Shown in pieces: positions 35,688 through 42,825 of a stretch of DNA of 42,825 nt. Positions within the stretch are counted from its first letter, which is position 1; every line of letters starts with the position of its first letter. Location of the stretch: contig DASUPQ010000223.1 of the NCBI GenBank assembly GCA_036280995.1, forward strand, positions 1 through 42,825, given 5' to 3'. The stretch comes from Actinomycetota bacterium. GTDB lineage: Bacteria > Actinomycetota > CALGFH01. The position numbers and the translations under genes are program-made. The notes under the pieces were generated by a model. It saw nothing but the letters and a program-made list of their open reading frames with translations. It had not been told where the DNA came from and did no database searches.

Positions 35688-36995
35688 TCAGGAGCCCACC
35701 GCGGCGGCCAGGACGGCCAGGGCGGCCTCCTCGGCCTCGCCGGCGGCGGTGACGGCGGCGGCCAGGGCGGCCAGCAGGGCCTCGGCGTCGGTGTCGCCGG
35801 GGAACTGGTGGCGCCAGCGGTCGCGCAGGGCCCACAGCCGGGCGGCGGTGGCGGCCGCCTCCTCCTGGGCGGCGTCGCCCGCCTCCACCTGGGCCTGGAG
35901 CCGGACGGTGAGGCGGCGGGCCTCGGCGAACGGCTCGCGGTCGGCCGGCATGGCCGTCTCGGCCACCACGTGCCAGGCGGCCTCGGCCTCCCGGTAGGCG
36001 GCCGCGGCCTTGCCGAGGCCGGGGGCCTCCAGCAGCCCGGCAGCCTCGTCCAGGAACTGGGCGTACAGCCCGCGCAGGTTGCCGCCGCCCCAGCCGACCG
36101 GCTCCACGTTCTCGTACACCGACAGGCAGGCGTCGAACAGGCTGACCCGGTCGGCGAACACCTTCGGCCAGGCCTTGGCGTTGCCGCCGTCGGTGAGCAG
36201 CCGGGCCCACTTGCGGAAGGCGGGCAGCGAGAACGAGTCGGACCGCTGGGAGAGGTGCTCGACCTGCTCGGCCAGGCCGTCGCGGACGGCCCGGCGCAGC
36301 CGGTCGGTGTCCAGCTCGGCGGCCGGGGCGTCCAGCACCAGCAGCCGGTGCTTGTAGGACCCGACCCGGGCCCGGGCCGCGGCCAGGGCGTCCAGCGACA
36401 CCGTCAGCGGAGCCCGGTTGCGGTCGTCGATCAGCACCGTGCTGGCGGCCTCGTCGATGCCGTAGACGGTCACCGGGGGGCCGCCGTGGCCCTCCAGCCA
36501 GGCCGGCAGGTGCCGGTAGCCGAGGAGCTGCTGGTCGGCCCAGGCGATCGCGGGAACGCCCTGGCCGACGGCGGCTCGCAGCTCGTCGTCGGCCCTGCGG
36601 GCCGAGCCGGTCTCGTGCATGGCCGCCGGGACGCCCAGGCGGGCGCAGGTCTTGGTGGCCCAGCGGTCCGGGTACTGCCAGGAGTTCCGGAACCCGAACA
36701 CCAGCGTGCGCACGTCGTGGGCCTTGAACTCCCAGAGGATGTAGCCGGCGCCCAGCCCGCCGCCGGCCCCCAGCACCATGGCCTCGGACAGGGGCTGGCC
36801 GGTGTGGGGGGCGACCAGGCCCCGGTTGGCCAGCACCCCGGCGATGGCGTGGGTGTCGGGGTGGACGCCGCCGAGCAGCCGGTAGGAGGCCGGCGGCAGG
36901 GCGTTGAGGACGTGGCGCCGGGCGGTGGTGTAGCTCTCCCCCGTCCTGGCCATGCGGGCGCGGATGCGCTCCTTCAGGTGCTTGTGCGCGGTCAT
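35688..36995 (-). CDS. BtrH_N-like (papain-fold) plus DUF4872-like protein; function unknown
   Basis: A 435-aa ORF from ATG 36995, with a GAAGGAG SD 5 nt upstream. The N-terminal motif is HLKERIRARMARTGESYTTARRHV. LSEAMVLGAGGGLGAGYILWEF resembles the BtrH N-terminal domain. The call rests on resemblance from memory. Confidence 0.45.
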   Translation of the reverse strand: MTAHKHLKERIRARMARTGESYTTARRHVLNALPPASYRLLGGVHPDTHAIAGVLANRGLVAPHTGQPLSEAMVLGAGGGLGAGYILWEFKAHDVRTLVFGFRNSWQYPDRWATKTCARLGVPAAMHETGSARRADDELRAAVGQGVPAIAWADQQLLGYRHLPAWLEGHGGPPVTVYGIDEAASTVLIDDRNRAPLTVSLDALAAARARVGSYKHRLLVLDAPAAELDTDRLRRAVRDGLAEQVEHLSQRSDSFSLPAFRKWARLLTDGGNAKAWPKVFADRVSLFDACLSVYENVEPVGWGGGNLRGLYAQFLDEAAGLLEAPGLGKAAAAYREAEAAWHVVAETAMPADREPFAEARRLTVRLQAQVEAGDAAQEEAAATAARLWALRDRWRHQFPGDTDAEALLAALAAAVTAAGEAEEAALAVLAAAVGS

Positions 36996-37115
36996 CGATG
37001 CTCCTTCGGCGGCGGAGCGGCCGGCCGGGCCCACGCCCCGTGCCACCCCGCCGGCGATGGAGTCGACCAGCGCCAGACGATCCCGAGGACAGCCATCCCC
37101 TTCGCCCCCGCCATG

Positions 37116-37136
37116 CCGGGCCGCGTGGGGGCCCGG
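37116..37136 (-). terminator. Candidate hairpin terminator immediately after ribF
   Basis: CCGGGCC-N7-GGCCCGG forms a 7-bp stem abutting the ribF stop codon (37137-37139). Confidence 0.35.
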
Positions 37137-38123
37137 TCAGGGGGTCGGGCGTGAGAACCCGCCGGTCCGGACTGTACCACCCGGCGGTGACGGGAGCAGC
37201 CGTCGGGCCTGGTCGATGTCGGCGCGCATCTGGGCCACGAGCTCGTCCACCCCGGCGAAGGTGGCCTGGCCGCGAAGGTGGTGGGTGAAGCCGACCGACA
37301 CCTGGTGGCCGTAGAGGTCGGCGTCGAAGTCGAGCACGTGGGCCTCGACCCGCCGGTCGGTGCCGAACTGGGGGTTGGTGCCGACGCTGATCGCCGCCGG
37401 CCGGGCGATGCCGTCGGCGTCGTCGGTGAGGTGCCCGGCGTAGACGCCGTCGGCGGGGAGGGCGATCCCGGCGGGGACGGCCAGGTTGGCCGTGGGAACC
37501 CCCAGCAGGGGCCGGCCGCGGCGGTCGCCAACGACCACCTCGCCCTCGACCGCGTACGGGCGGCCCAGGGAGGCGGCCGCGGCGGCCACGTCGCCCTCGG
37601 CCAGCTCGGCCCGGACCCGGGTGGAGGACACGACCTGGTCGCCGTCGGTGTGCAGGGGCACGGCCACGACCTCGATCCCGCGGGGGCGGCCCAGCTCGGC
37701 CAGGAGGGCCGGGTCGCCGGCCGCCTTGTGGCCGAAGCGGAAGTTCTCGCCGACCACCACCGCACGGGCGGCCAGGGCGTCGAACAGCACCTCGGCGGCG
37801 AACACCTCGGCCCCGACCTGGGACAGCTCCCTGGTGAACGCCAGCACCAGGACCACGTCCATGCCGGCGGCGCCGAGCAGCTCGACCTTGCGGTCCAGGG
37901 TGGTGAGCAACGGCGGCTCGCTCCCGGGCCGGAGCACGGCCAGCGGGTGCCGGTCGAAGGTGACCGCCGCCGCCGGCAGGCCCCGGGCCGCGGCCTCGGC
38001 GGCCACCCGGTCGAGCAGGGCCCGGTGCCCCCGGTGGACCCCGTCGAACATCCCCACGGTGGCCACGGCCGGCCCCAGGTCCTCCGGCACGGCCTCGACC
38101 CCGTCGAATCGCCTGACGGTCAC
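37137..38123 (-). CDS. ribF: Bifunctional riboflavin kinase / FMN adenylyltransferase
   Basis: A 328-aa ORF with GMFDGVHRGH (a nucleotidyltransferase HxGH-type motif) and a C-terminal riboflavin kinase domain (...YAGHL...PAAISVGTNPQF...EAHVLDF..DLYG). Its GTG overlaps the truB stop as GTGA. Confidence 0.92.
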   Translation of the reverse strand: MTVRRFDGVEAVPEDLGPAVATVGMFDGVHRGHRALLDRVAAEAAARGLPAAAVTFDRHPLAVLRPGSEPPLLTTLDRKVELLGAAGMDVVLVLAFTRELSQVGAEVFAAEVLFDALAARAVVVGENFRFGHKAAGDPALLAELGRPRGIEVVAVPLHTDGDQVVSSTRVRAELAEGDVAAAAASLGRPYAVEGEVVVGDRRGRPLLGVPTANLAVPAGIALPADGVYAGHLTDDADGIARPAAISVGTNPQFGTDRRVEAHVLDFDADLYGHQVSVGFTHHLRGQATFAGVDELVAQMRADIDQARRLLPSPPGGTVRTGGFSRPTP

Positions 38124-38986
38124 GCCAGCACCACCTTGGGGCGGGCGCGGCCGGCGCTGTCCTGGATGACGGCGACCAGGCGGCCGTCAGGGCCGACGGC
38201 GGCCACCGGGTCGCCGCGGCCCGTCGGGTCGAGGGTCCGGCCGGTGGCCAGGGCGGACGCCTCGGCCGGGGTCAGGGCGCGGACCGCCGCCGGGTCTATC
38301 GCCGCCGCCGGCTCGAGCACCGCCGCCGCCAGCTTCCCCTCCTCGGCCAGGTCCTCCAGGCGGTGCGCCTGGTCCTCGGTGAAGCGGCCGACGGCCGTGC
38401 GCCGCAGGCCGGCCAGGTGGGCCAGGGTGCCGACGGCCCGGCCCAGGTCGGCGGCCAGGGACCGGACGTAGGTCCCGCCCGAGCAGACCACCTCGACGGT
38501 GGCCAGCGGCCGCTCTCCGGCGCTGAAGCCGAGCAGCTCCAGCGCGTGGACCACGATCGGGCGGGGCGCCCGCTCGACCTGCTCGCCCCGGCGGGCCTTG
38601 GCGTACAGCCGCTCCCCGCCGACCTTGATCGCCGACACCATCGGCGGGACCTGCTCCTGGGGGCCGACGAAGCCGGCCATGGCGGCGCGCAGGGCCGCCT
38701 CGTCGACCGCGTCGGCGTCGGCGGTGGCGGTGACGGTCCCGGCCGCGTCCAGGGTGTCGGTCTCGGCCCCGAAGGCGACCGTGGCCAGGTAGCGCTTGGG
38801 CTCGGTGGGCAGGAACGGCAGCAGCCGGGTGGCCCGGCCCAGGGCCAGGACCAGCACCCCGGTGGCCGGCGGGTCGAGGGTGCCGCCGTGCCCGACCCGG
38901 CGCTGGCCGGCCAGCCGGCGCACCCGCGCGACCACGTCGTGGGAGGTCATCCCGGCCGCCTTGTCGCAGACCAGCACCCCGTCCAC
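38120..38986 (-). CDS. truB: tRNA pseudouridine(55) synthase
   Basis: A 288-aa ORF from GTG 38986, the C-terminal part of the long ORF 38120..40066. It has VDGVLVCDKAAGMTSHDVV and the catalytic-Asp motif GHGGTLDP. Confidence 0.92.
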   Translation of the reverse strand: MDGVLVCDKAAGMTSHDVVARVRRLAGQRRVGHGGTLDPPATGVLVLALGRATRLLPFLPTEPKRYLATVAFGAETDTLDAAGTVTATADADAVDEAALRAAMAGFVGPQEQVPPMVSAIKVGGERLYAKARRGEQVERAPRPIVVHALELLGFSAGERPLATVEVVCSGGTYVRSLAADLGRAVGTLAHLAGLRRTAVGRFTEDQAHRLEDLAEEGKLAAAVLEPAAAIDPAAVRALTPAEASALATGRTLDPTGRGDPVAAVGPDGRLVAVIQDSAGRARPKVVLA

Positions 38987-39000
38987 GCCCGGCCGCCCTC

Positions 39001-39993
39001 CTACCCGGTCAGGCCAACGCCCAGGCCGACCAGCTCCTTGACCAGGGCGGACACCGCCGCCTGGGCGTCGGAGTCGGTGGTGTAGCCGGCGGCGTACTTG
39101 TGCCCGCCGCCCCCGAACGAGGTGGCCAGCCGGCCGACGTCGGTGGCCCCCTTGGAGCGCAGGGAGACCTTGTAGCCACTCTCCGGCTGCTCCTTCAGCA
39201 CGGCGGCCACGTCGCTGGCCCCGTCGGTGCGGACCAGGTCGATCAGGCCTTCGGTCTCGTCCATCTCGACCCCGTGGGCGGCCAGGTCGGCCAGGTCGAC
39301 CCGGGTCCAGACCAGGGACGCCTCCGGGACCTGGGCGATGCGCCCGAGGGCGTCGGCGACCAGCCGCAGGTAGGCGATGTCGTTGGTCTCGAACACGGCC
39401 TTGGCGACCTCGTACTGCTGGACCCCGGCGGCCAGCAGCTCGGCGGCCAGGTGGTGGGTCTCGGGGGTGGTGGCCTGGTACTGGAAGCGCCCGGTGTCGG
39501 TGACCAGCCCGGTGTAGAGCGCGGTGGCGATGTCGGTGTCGAGCGGGAGGTCGAGGCGGCGGAGCAGCTCGCGGCAGAGCACGGCGCTGGCCGGCGACAC
39601 CGGGTCGATCAGGTTGACGTCGCCGAAGCGGGTGTTGGAGGCGTGATGGTCGACGACCACGGTGCGGGCGGCCCCCCGGAAGGCGTCGACCAGGGTGCCG
39701 AGGCGGTCGAGCGAGCCGGCGTCGAAGCAGAGGAACAGGTCGGCGTCCAGCGGCACCTTGCCGGGTGGGACCAGCCGGTCCAGCCCGGCCAGGAAGCGGT
39801 AGTGGCGGGCGATCACGAACGGCTCCGAGAAGCTCACCACCGCCTCGCGGCCGGCGTTGGCCAGGGCCCGGTGCAGGGCCAGAGCGGAGCCGAGGGCGTC
39901 GCCGTCGGGATGGATGTGGCAGGAGATCACCGCCACCTCGGCCTGGGCGATCGCGTCGACGGCCGCCTGCCAGTCCTGCTCCGGGATGCTCAC
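39001..39993 (-). CDS. nrnA: DHH/DHHA1 family bifunctional oligoribonuclease / pAp phosphatase NrnA
   Basis: A 330-aa ORF from GTG 39993, which overlaps the rbfA stop as GTGA. Motifs are HIHPDGDALGS, DHH (VVDHHAS) and GGGGHKYAAG. Confidence 0.8.
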   Translation of the reverse strand: MSIPEQDWQAAVDAIAQAEVAVISCHIHPDGDALGSALALHRALANAGREAVVSFSEPFVIARHYRFLAGLDRLVPPGKVPLDADLFLCFDAGSLDRLGTLVDAFRGAARTVVVDHHASNTRFGDVNLIDPVSPASAVLCRELLRRLDLPLDTDIATALYTGLVTDTGRFQYQATTPETHHLAAELLAAGVQQYEVAKAVFETNDIAYLRLVADALGRIAQVPEASLVWTRVDLADLAAHGVEMDETEGLIDLVRTDGASDVAAVLKEQPESGYKVSLRSKGATDVGRLATSFGGGGHKYAAGYTTDSDAQAAVSALVKELVGLGVGLTG

Positions 39994-40376
39994 GCGCCTG
40001 ACCCCTCCTGGTCCGGTACCGGCGGGGTGGCGCCCAGCTCGGCCAGCAACCGGTCGATCCGCGCACCCTGGCCGGGCACGGTGTCGGGAACGAATTCTAG
40101 CGTCGGCGCATGACGGAGCCGCAGCTGCGAGGCCACGAAGGTCCGGGCCTGGGGGGCCGAGGAGGCCAGCCAGGCCTCGGCGGCGGCCCGCTGCTCGTCG
40201 TCGCCGAGCACGGTGAAGAAGACGCTGGCGTGGTGCAGGTCCTCGGTGACGCGGACGTCGGTGACGGTCATCAGGGCGCCTGGCTGGTCGGCCTGCTCGG
40301 CCTCCAGCCATTCGCCGGCCAGCCGCCTGATCGTCTCGGCCAGGCGGCGGGCTCGGGGGTAGCTGGGCTTCGCCAT
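39990..40376 (-). CDS. rbfA: Ribosome-binding factor A
   Basis: A 128-aa ORF with RARRLAETIRR...VTDVRVTEDLHHASVFF...LRHAPTLEF, the RbfA KH-like signature. It sits in the infB-rbfA-truB context. Confidence 0.9.
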   Translation of the reverse strand: MAKPSYPRARRLAETIRRLAGEWLEAEQADQPGALMTVTDVRVTEDLHHASVFFTVLGDDEQRAAAEAWLASSAPQARTFVASQLRLRHAPTLEFVPDTVPGQGARIDRLLAELGATPPVPDQEGSGA

Positions 40377-40381
40377 CGGGT

Positions 40382-40672
40382 TCAGTCCTCGGGTCCGTAC
40401 ATGGTCACGTCGCTGGCCAGCAGCTCGACGCCGGGCGTGCGCTCCGCCTCCCGCTCGGCCGACACCAGCACCCGGCGGGCGTGGAAGCCCTCGCCGGCCA
40501 CCGTGGCCACCGCCAGGGTGGCCCGCTGGCGCAGGTCCTGATGATCGACCTCGGCGACCGCGCAGTTGAGCTTGCGCAGGGCGGCAGCCAGGCCTTTGAC
40601 GACCGAGCGCTTGTCCTTCAGCGACTCGGCGTCGGGCAGGCGCAGGTCCAGACGGAGCAGGGCGACGAACAT
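40382..40672 (-). CDS. DUF503 (YlxP-like) protein
   Basis: A 96-aa ORF from ATG 40672: MFVALLRLDLRLPDAESLKDKRSVVKGL.... This is the typical DUF503 start, and the gene holds the conserved position between infB and rbfA. Confidence 0.8.
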   Translation of the reverse strand: MFVALLRLDLRLPDAESLKDKRSVVKGLAAALRKLNCAVAEVDHQDLRQRATLAVATVAGEGFHARRVLVSAEREAERTPGVELLASDVTMYGPED

Positions 40673-40725
40673 GGCAGCAGGGGTGGCCCGGGGCCGGCCG
40701 GCAACGCCGGCCCGGGGCCGTCGGG

Positions 40726-42825
40726 TTACCGTGGGACCTCGACCATCTCGTAGGCCTCGATCTGGTCGCCTTCCTTGACGTCCTGGAAGTTGTCCAGGCC
40801 GATGCCGCACTCGTAGCCGGCGGCGACGCTGCGGGCGTCGTCCTTGAAGCGGCGCAGCGAGCCGATCCGGCCGTCGTAGACGACCACGCCGTCGCGGACC
40901 AGGCGGGCCTTGGCCCCCCGGGTGATCTCGCCCGAGGTGACGTACGACCCGGCGACCAGGCCGACCCGGGGCACCCGGAAGGTCTGGCGGACCTCGGCGG
41001 TGCCGAGCTGGCGCTCCTCGTACTCGGGGGCGAGCAGGCCCTTGAGGGCCTTCTCGATGTCCTCCACCACCTGGTAGATGACCGAGTACAGGCGGATGTC
41101 GACGCCCTCCCGGCTGGCCAGGTCGCGGGCGGCCGGGGTCGGCCGCACCGAGAAGCCGATGATGATGGCCCCCGACACCGAGGCCAGGCTGACGTCGTCC
41201 TCGGTGATGGCCCCGGCCGCCTTGTGGAGCACGCGCAGCCGGACCTCGGGGATCTCGATCCGGCCCAGGGCGTCGTCGATGGCCTCGACCGAGCCCATCA
41301 CGTCGGCCTTGATGATCAGCGGCAGCTCCTGGAGCTGGCCCTCGCGGATCCTGGCGAACAGGTCCTCCAGGCGCGGGGCCCGGCTGGTGGCGATGGCCGC
41401 CTGGCGCTGGCGGGCCTCCCGGGTCTGGGAGATCCCGCGGGCGATGCGCTCGTCGGTGACCGCCCTGACCTCGTCGCCGGCGCTCGGCGGGGCCGACAGG
41501 CCGATGACCACGACCGGCTGGGCCGGGACGGCGGCGGTGACCTCCTTGCCGTTCTCGTCGAACATGGCCCGGACCCGCCCGAAGGCGGTCCCGGCGGCCA
41601 CCGCGTCCCCCACGTGGAGGGTGCCCCGGCGGACCAGGATGGTCGCCACCGGGCCGCGGCCCTTGTCCAGGTGGGCCTCGATGACCGAGCCCTGGGCGCG
41701 CCGGTCGGGGTTGGCCTTGAGGTTCAGCTCGACGTCGGCGACCAGCAGGATGGTCTCGACCAGGGTGTCGAGGTTCTGCTGGGTCTTGGCCGACACGTCC
41801 ACGAACTGGGTCTTGCCGCCGTACTCCTCGGCCACCAGGTCGTACTCGGTCAGCTGCTGGCGGACCTTGGCCGGGTTGGCGTCCTCCTTGTCGACCTTGT
41901 TGACCGCCACCACGATCGGCACCCCGGCCGCCTTGGCGTGGTTGATCGCCTCAACGGTCTGGGGCATGACCCCGTCGTCGGCGGCGACCACCAGCACGGC
42001 CACGTCGGTGACGGCCGCGCCCCGGGCCCGCATGGCGGTGAACGCCTCGTGGCCGGGGGTGTCGATGAAGGTCACCAGGCGGCCGTCGGCGCCCGCCCTG
42101 ACCTGGTAGGCACCGATGTGCTGGGTGATGCCGCCGGCCTCGCGGGCGACCACGTCGGTGTTGCGGATGGCGTCCAGCAGCTTGGTCTTGCCGTGGTCGA
42201 CGTGGCCCATGACGGTCACGACCGGCGGGCGGGGACGGAGGTCCTCGTCCTTGTCGGCCTCGGTGTCCTCCCAGCCCTCGATCTCCTGGAGGGCGTCGGC
42301 CTCGCTCGGGTCGACGACCTCGATGCGGGCGCCGATCTCCTCGGCCAGCAGGGCGACCGCCTCGTCGGACATCGACTGGGTGGCGGTCAGCATCTCGCCC
42401 ATCTGCATGAGCACGCGGATCAGGTCGCCGGCGGGCTGGCCGAGACGGTCGGCCAGGTCCTGGACGGTGACCCCGCGGGGCACCCGGACCAGGCCCTCCA
42501 CCGAGATGTCGGGGTTGGCCTCGATGGTCGGGGCCCCCATGGCCTCGAACTCCTCGCGGCGACGCCCGCCGCGGCGCTTCTTGGGACGCCCGCGGCCGCC
42601 GCCGAAGCGGGAGCCGCCGGGACGGCCGAGACCGCCGCCGGGACCACCGGGACGGCCACCGAAGCCGGGGCGGCCACCGCCGCCCGGGCCGCCGGGACGG
42701 CCGCCGGGCCCGCCGGGACGGCCACCGCCGACACCGGTGCGGCCGGCGCCGCCGGGACCACCCGGCCGGCCGCCGTAACCGCCGGGACGGCCGGCGCCAC
42801 CGCCGGGGCCGCCGGGGCCGCCGGG
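40726..42825 (-). CDS. infB: Translation initiation factor IF-2; the N-terminal end lies beyond the right edge
   Basis: The track ORF 40726..42540 carries the GTPase domain ([28 protein letters not shown]). The same frame stays open to 42825, encoding the G/R/P-rich IF-2 N-terminal region (...[65 protein letters not shown]). Confidence 0.96.
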   Translation of the reverse strand, partial: PGGPGGPGGGAGRPGGYGGRPGGPGGAGRTGVGGGRPGGPGGRPGGPGGGGRPGFGGRPGGPGGGLGRPGGSRFGGGRGRPKKRRGGRRREEFEAMGAPTIEANPDISVEGLVRVPRGVTVQDLADRLGQPAGDLIRVLMQMGEMLTATQSMSDEAVALLAEEIGARIEVVDPSEADALQEIEGWEDTEADKDEDLRPRPPVVTVMGHVDHGKTKLLDAIRNTDVVAREAGGITQHIGAYQVRAGADGRLVTFIDTPGHEAFTAMRARGAAVTDVAVLVVAADDGVMPQTVEAINHAKAAGVPIVVAVNKVDKEDANPAKVRQQLTEYDLVAEEYGGKTQFVDVSAKTQQNLDTLVETILLVADVELNLKANPDRRAQGSVIEAHLDKGRGPVATILVRRGTLHVGDAVAAGTAFGRVRAMFDENGKEVTAAVPAQPVVVIGLSAPPSAGDEVRAVTDERIARGISQTREARQRQAAIATSRAPRLEDLFARIREGQLQELPLIIKADVMGSVEAIDDALGRIEIPEVRLRVLHKAAGAITEDDVSLASVSGAIIIGFSVRPTPAARDLASREGVDIRLYSVIYQVVEDIEKALKGLLAPEYEERQLGTAEVRQTFRVPRVGLVAGSYVTSGEITRGAKARLVRDGVVVYDGRIGSLRRFKDDARSVAAGYECGIGLDNFQDVKEGDQIEAYEMVEVPR

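Noticed and set aside
1-42825. Mobile elements, prophage or defence islands (integrases, transposases, restriction-modification, CBASS, retron or Abi-like genes).
   Set aside because: No ORF of credible composition resembles these families. Every sizeable gap was read on both strands, and mazEF is the only addiction or defence-type module.

Overview
The window is high-GC (roughly 72%) and looks like an actinobacterial chromosomal core segment. I support 34 protein-coding features, including one frameshifted toxin. Most lie on the minus strand and are tightly packed, with many GTGA/ATGA stop/start overlaps that suggest translational coupling.

Gene order, left to right:
- recA (5' part), thpR, cinA, rimO
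- a 484-bp repeat-rich noncoding gap
- an IMPDH-family gene divergent from lexA
- a RodZ-like gene, ftsK, rnj, dapA
- an accessory-looking block: small EspC/WXG100-like gene, AlkA-like glycosylase, frameshifted mazF plus mazE, nei, lhr, kgd (fused E1/E2-like 2-oxoglutarate dehydrogenase), CBS protein, amidohydrolase, membrane protein
- tandem-domain thyX-like gene, dapB
- GNAT, Mo-oxidoreductase
- LOG, M16 peptidase, pnp, rpsO
- a BtrH_N/DUF4872-like gene, ribF, truB, nrnA, rbfA, DUF503, infB (5' end off the window)

I saw no rRNA, tRNA, CRISPR array, IS element, integrase or prophage genes. I also found no convincing new multi-gene system.

The leads most worth a second look:
1. A dispersed ~80-nt GC-rich repeat. 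It occurs in tandem in the rimO-upstream gap, and a further copy (exact 16-mer match) sits in frame inside lhr. Its core equals the actinobacterial DnaA-box consensus.
2. Two layers of DNA-damage control are visible in the sequence. Cheo-type SOS boxes sit at recA and lexA. RecA-NDp/PafBC-type promoters sit at lhr (perfect match, leaderless), recA and possibly the AlkA-like gene.
3. The lexA SOS box is shared with a divergent IMPDH-family gene, and this LexA has an unusually long Arg-rich linker.
4. A mazEF module sits 27 nt behind lhr-nei, with the toxin broken by a 1-nt frameshift.
5. The thyX-like gene is a fused tandem whose two halves keep complementary parts of the ThyX motif.

All functional calls come from hand-read motifs and remembered family signatures, not from database searches.
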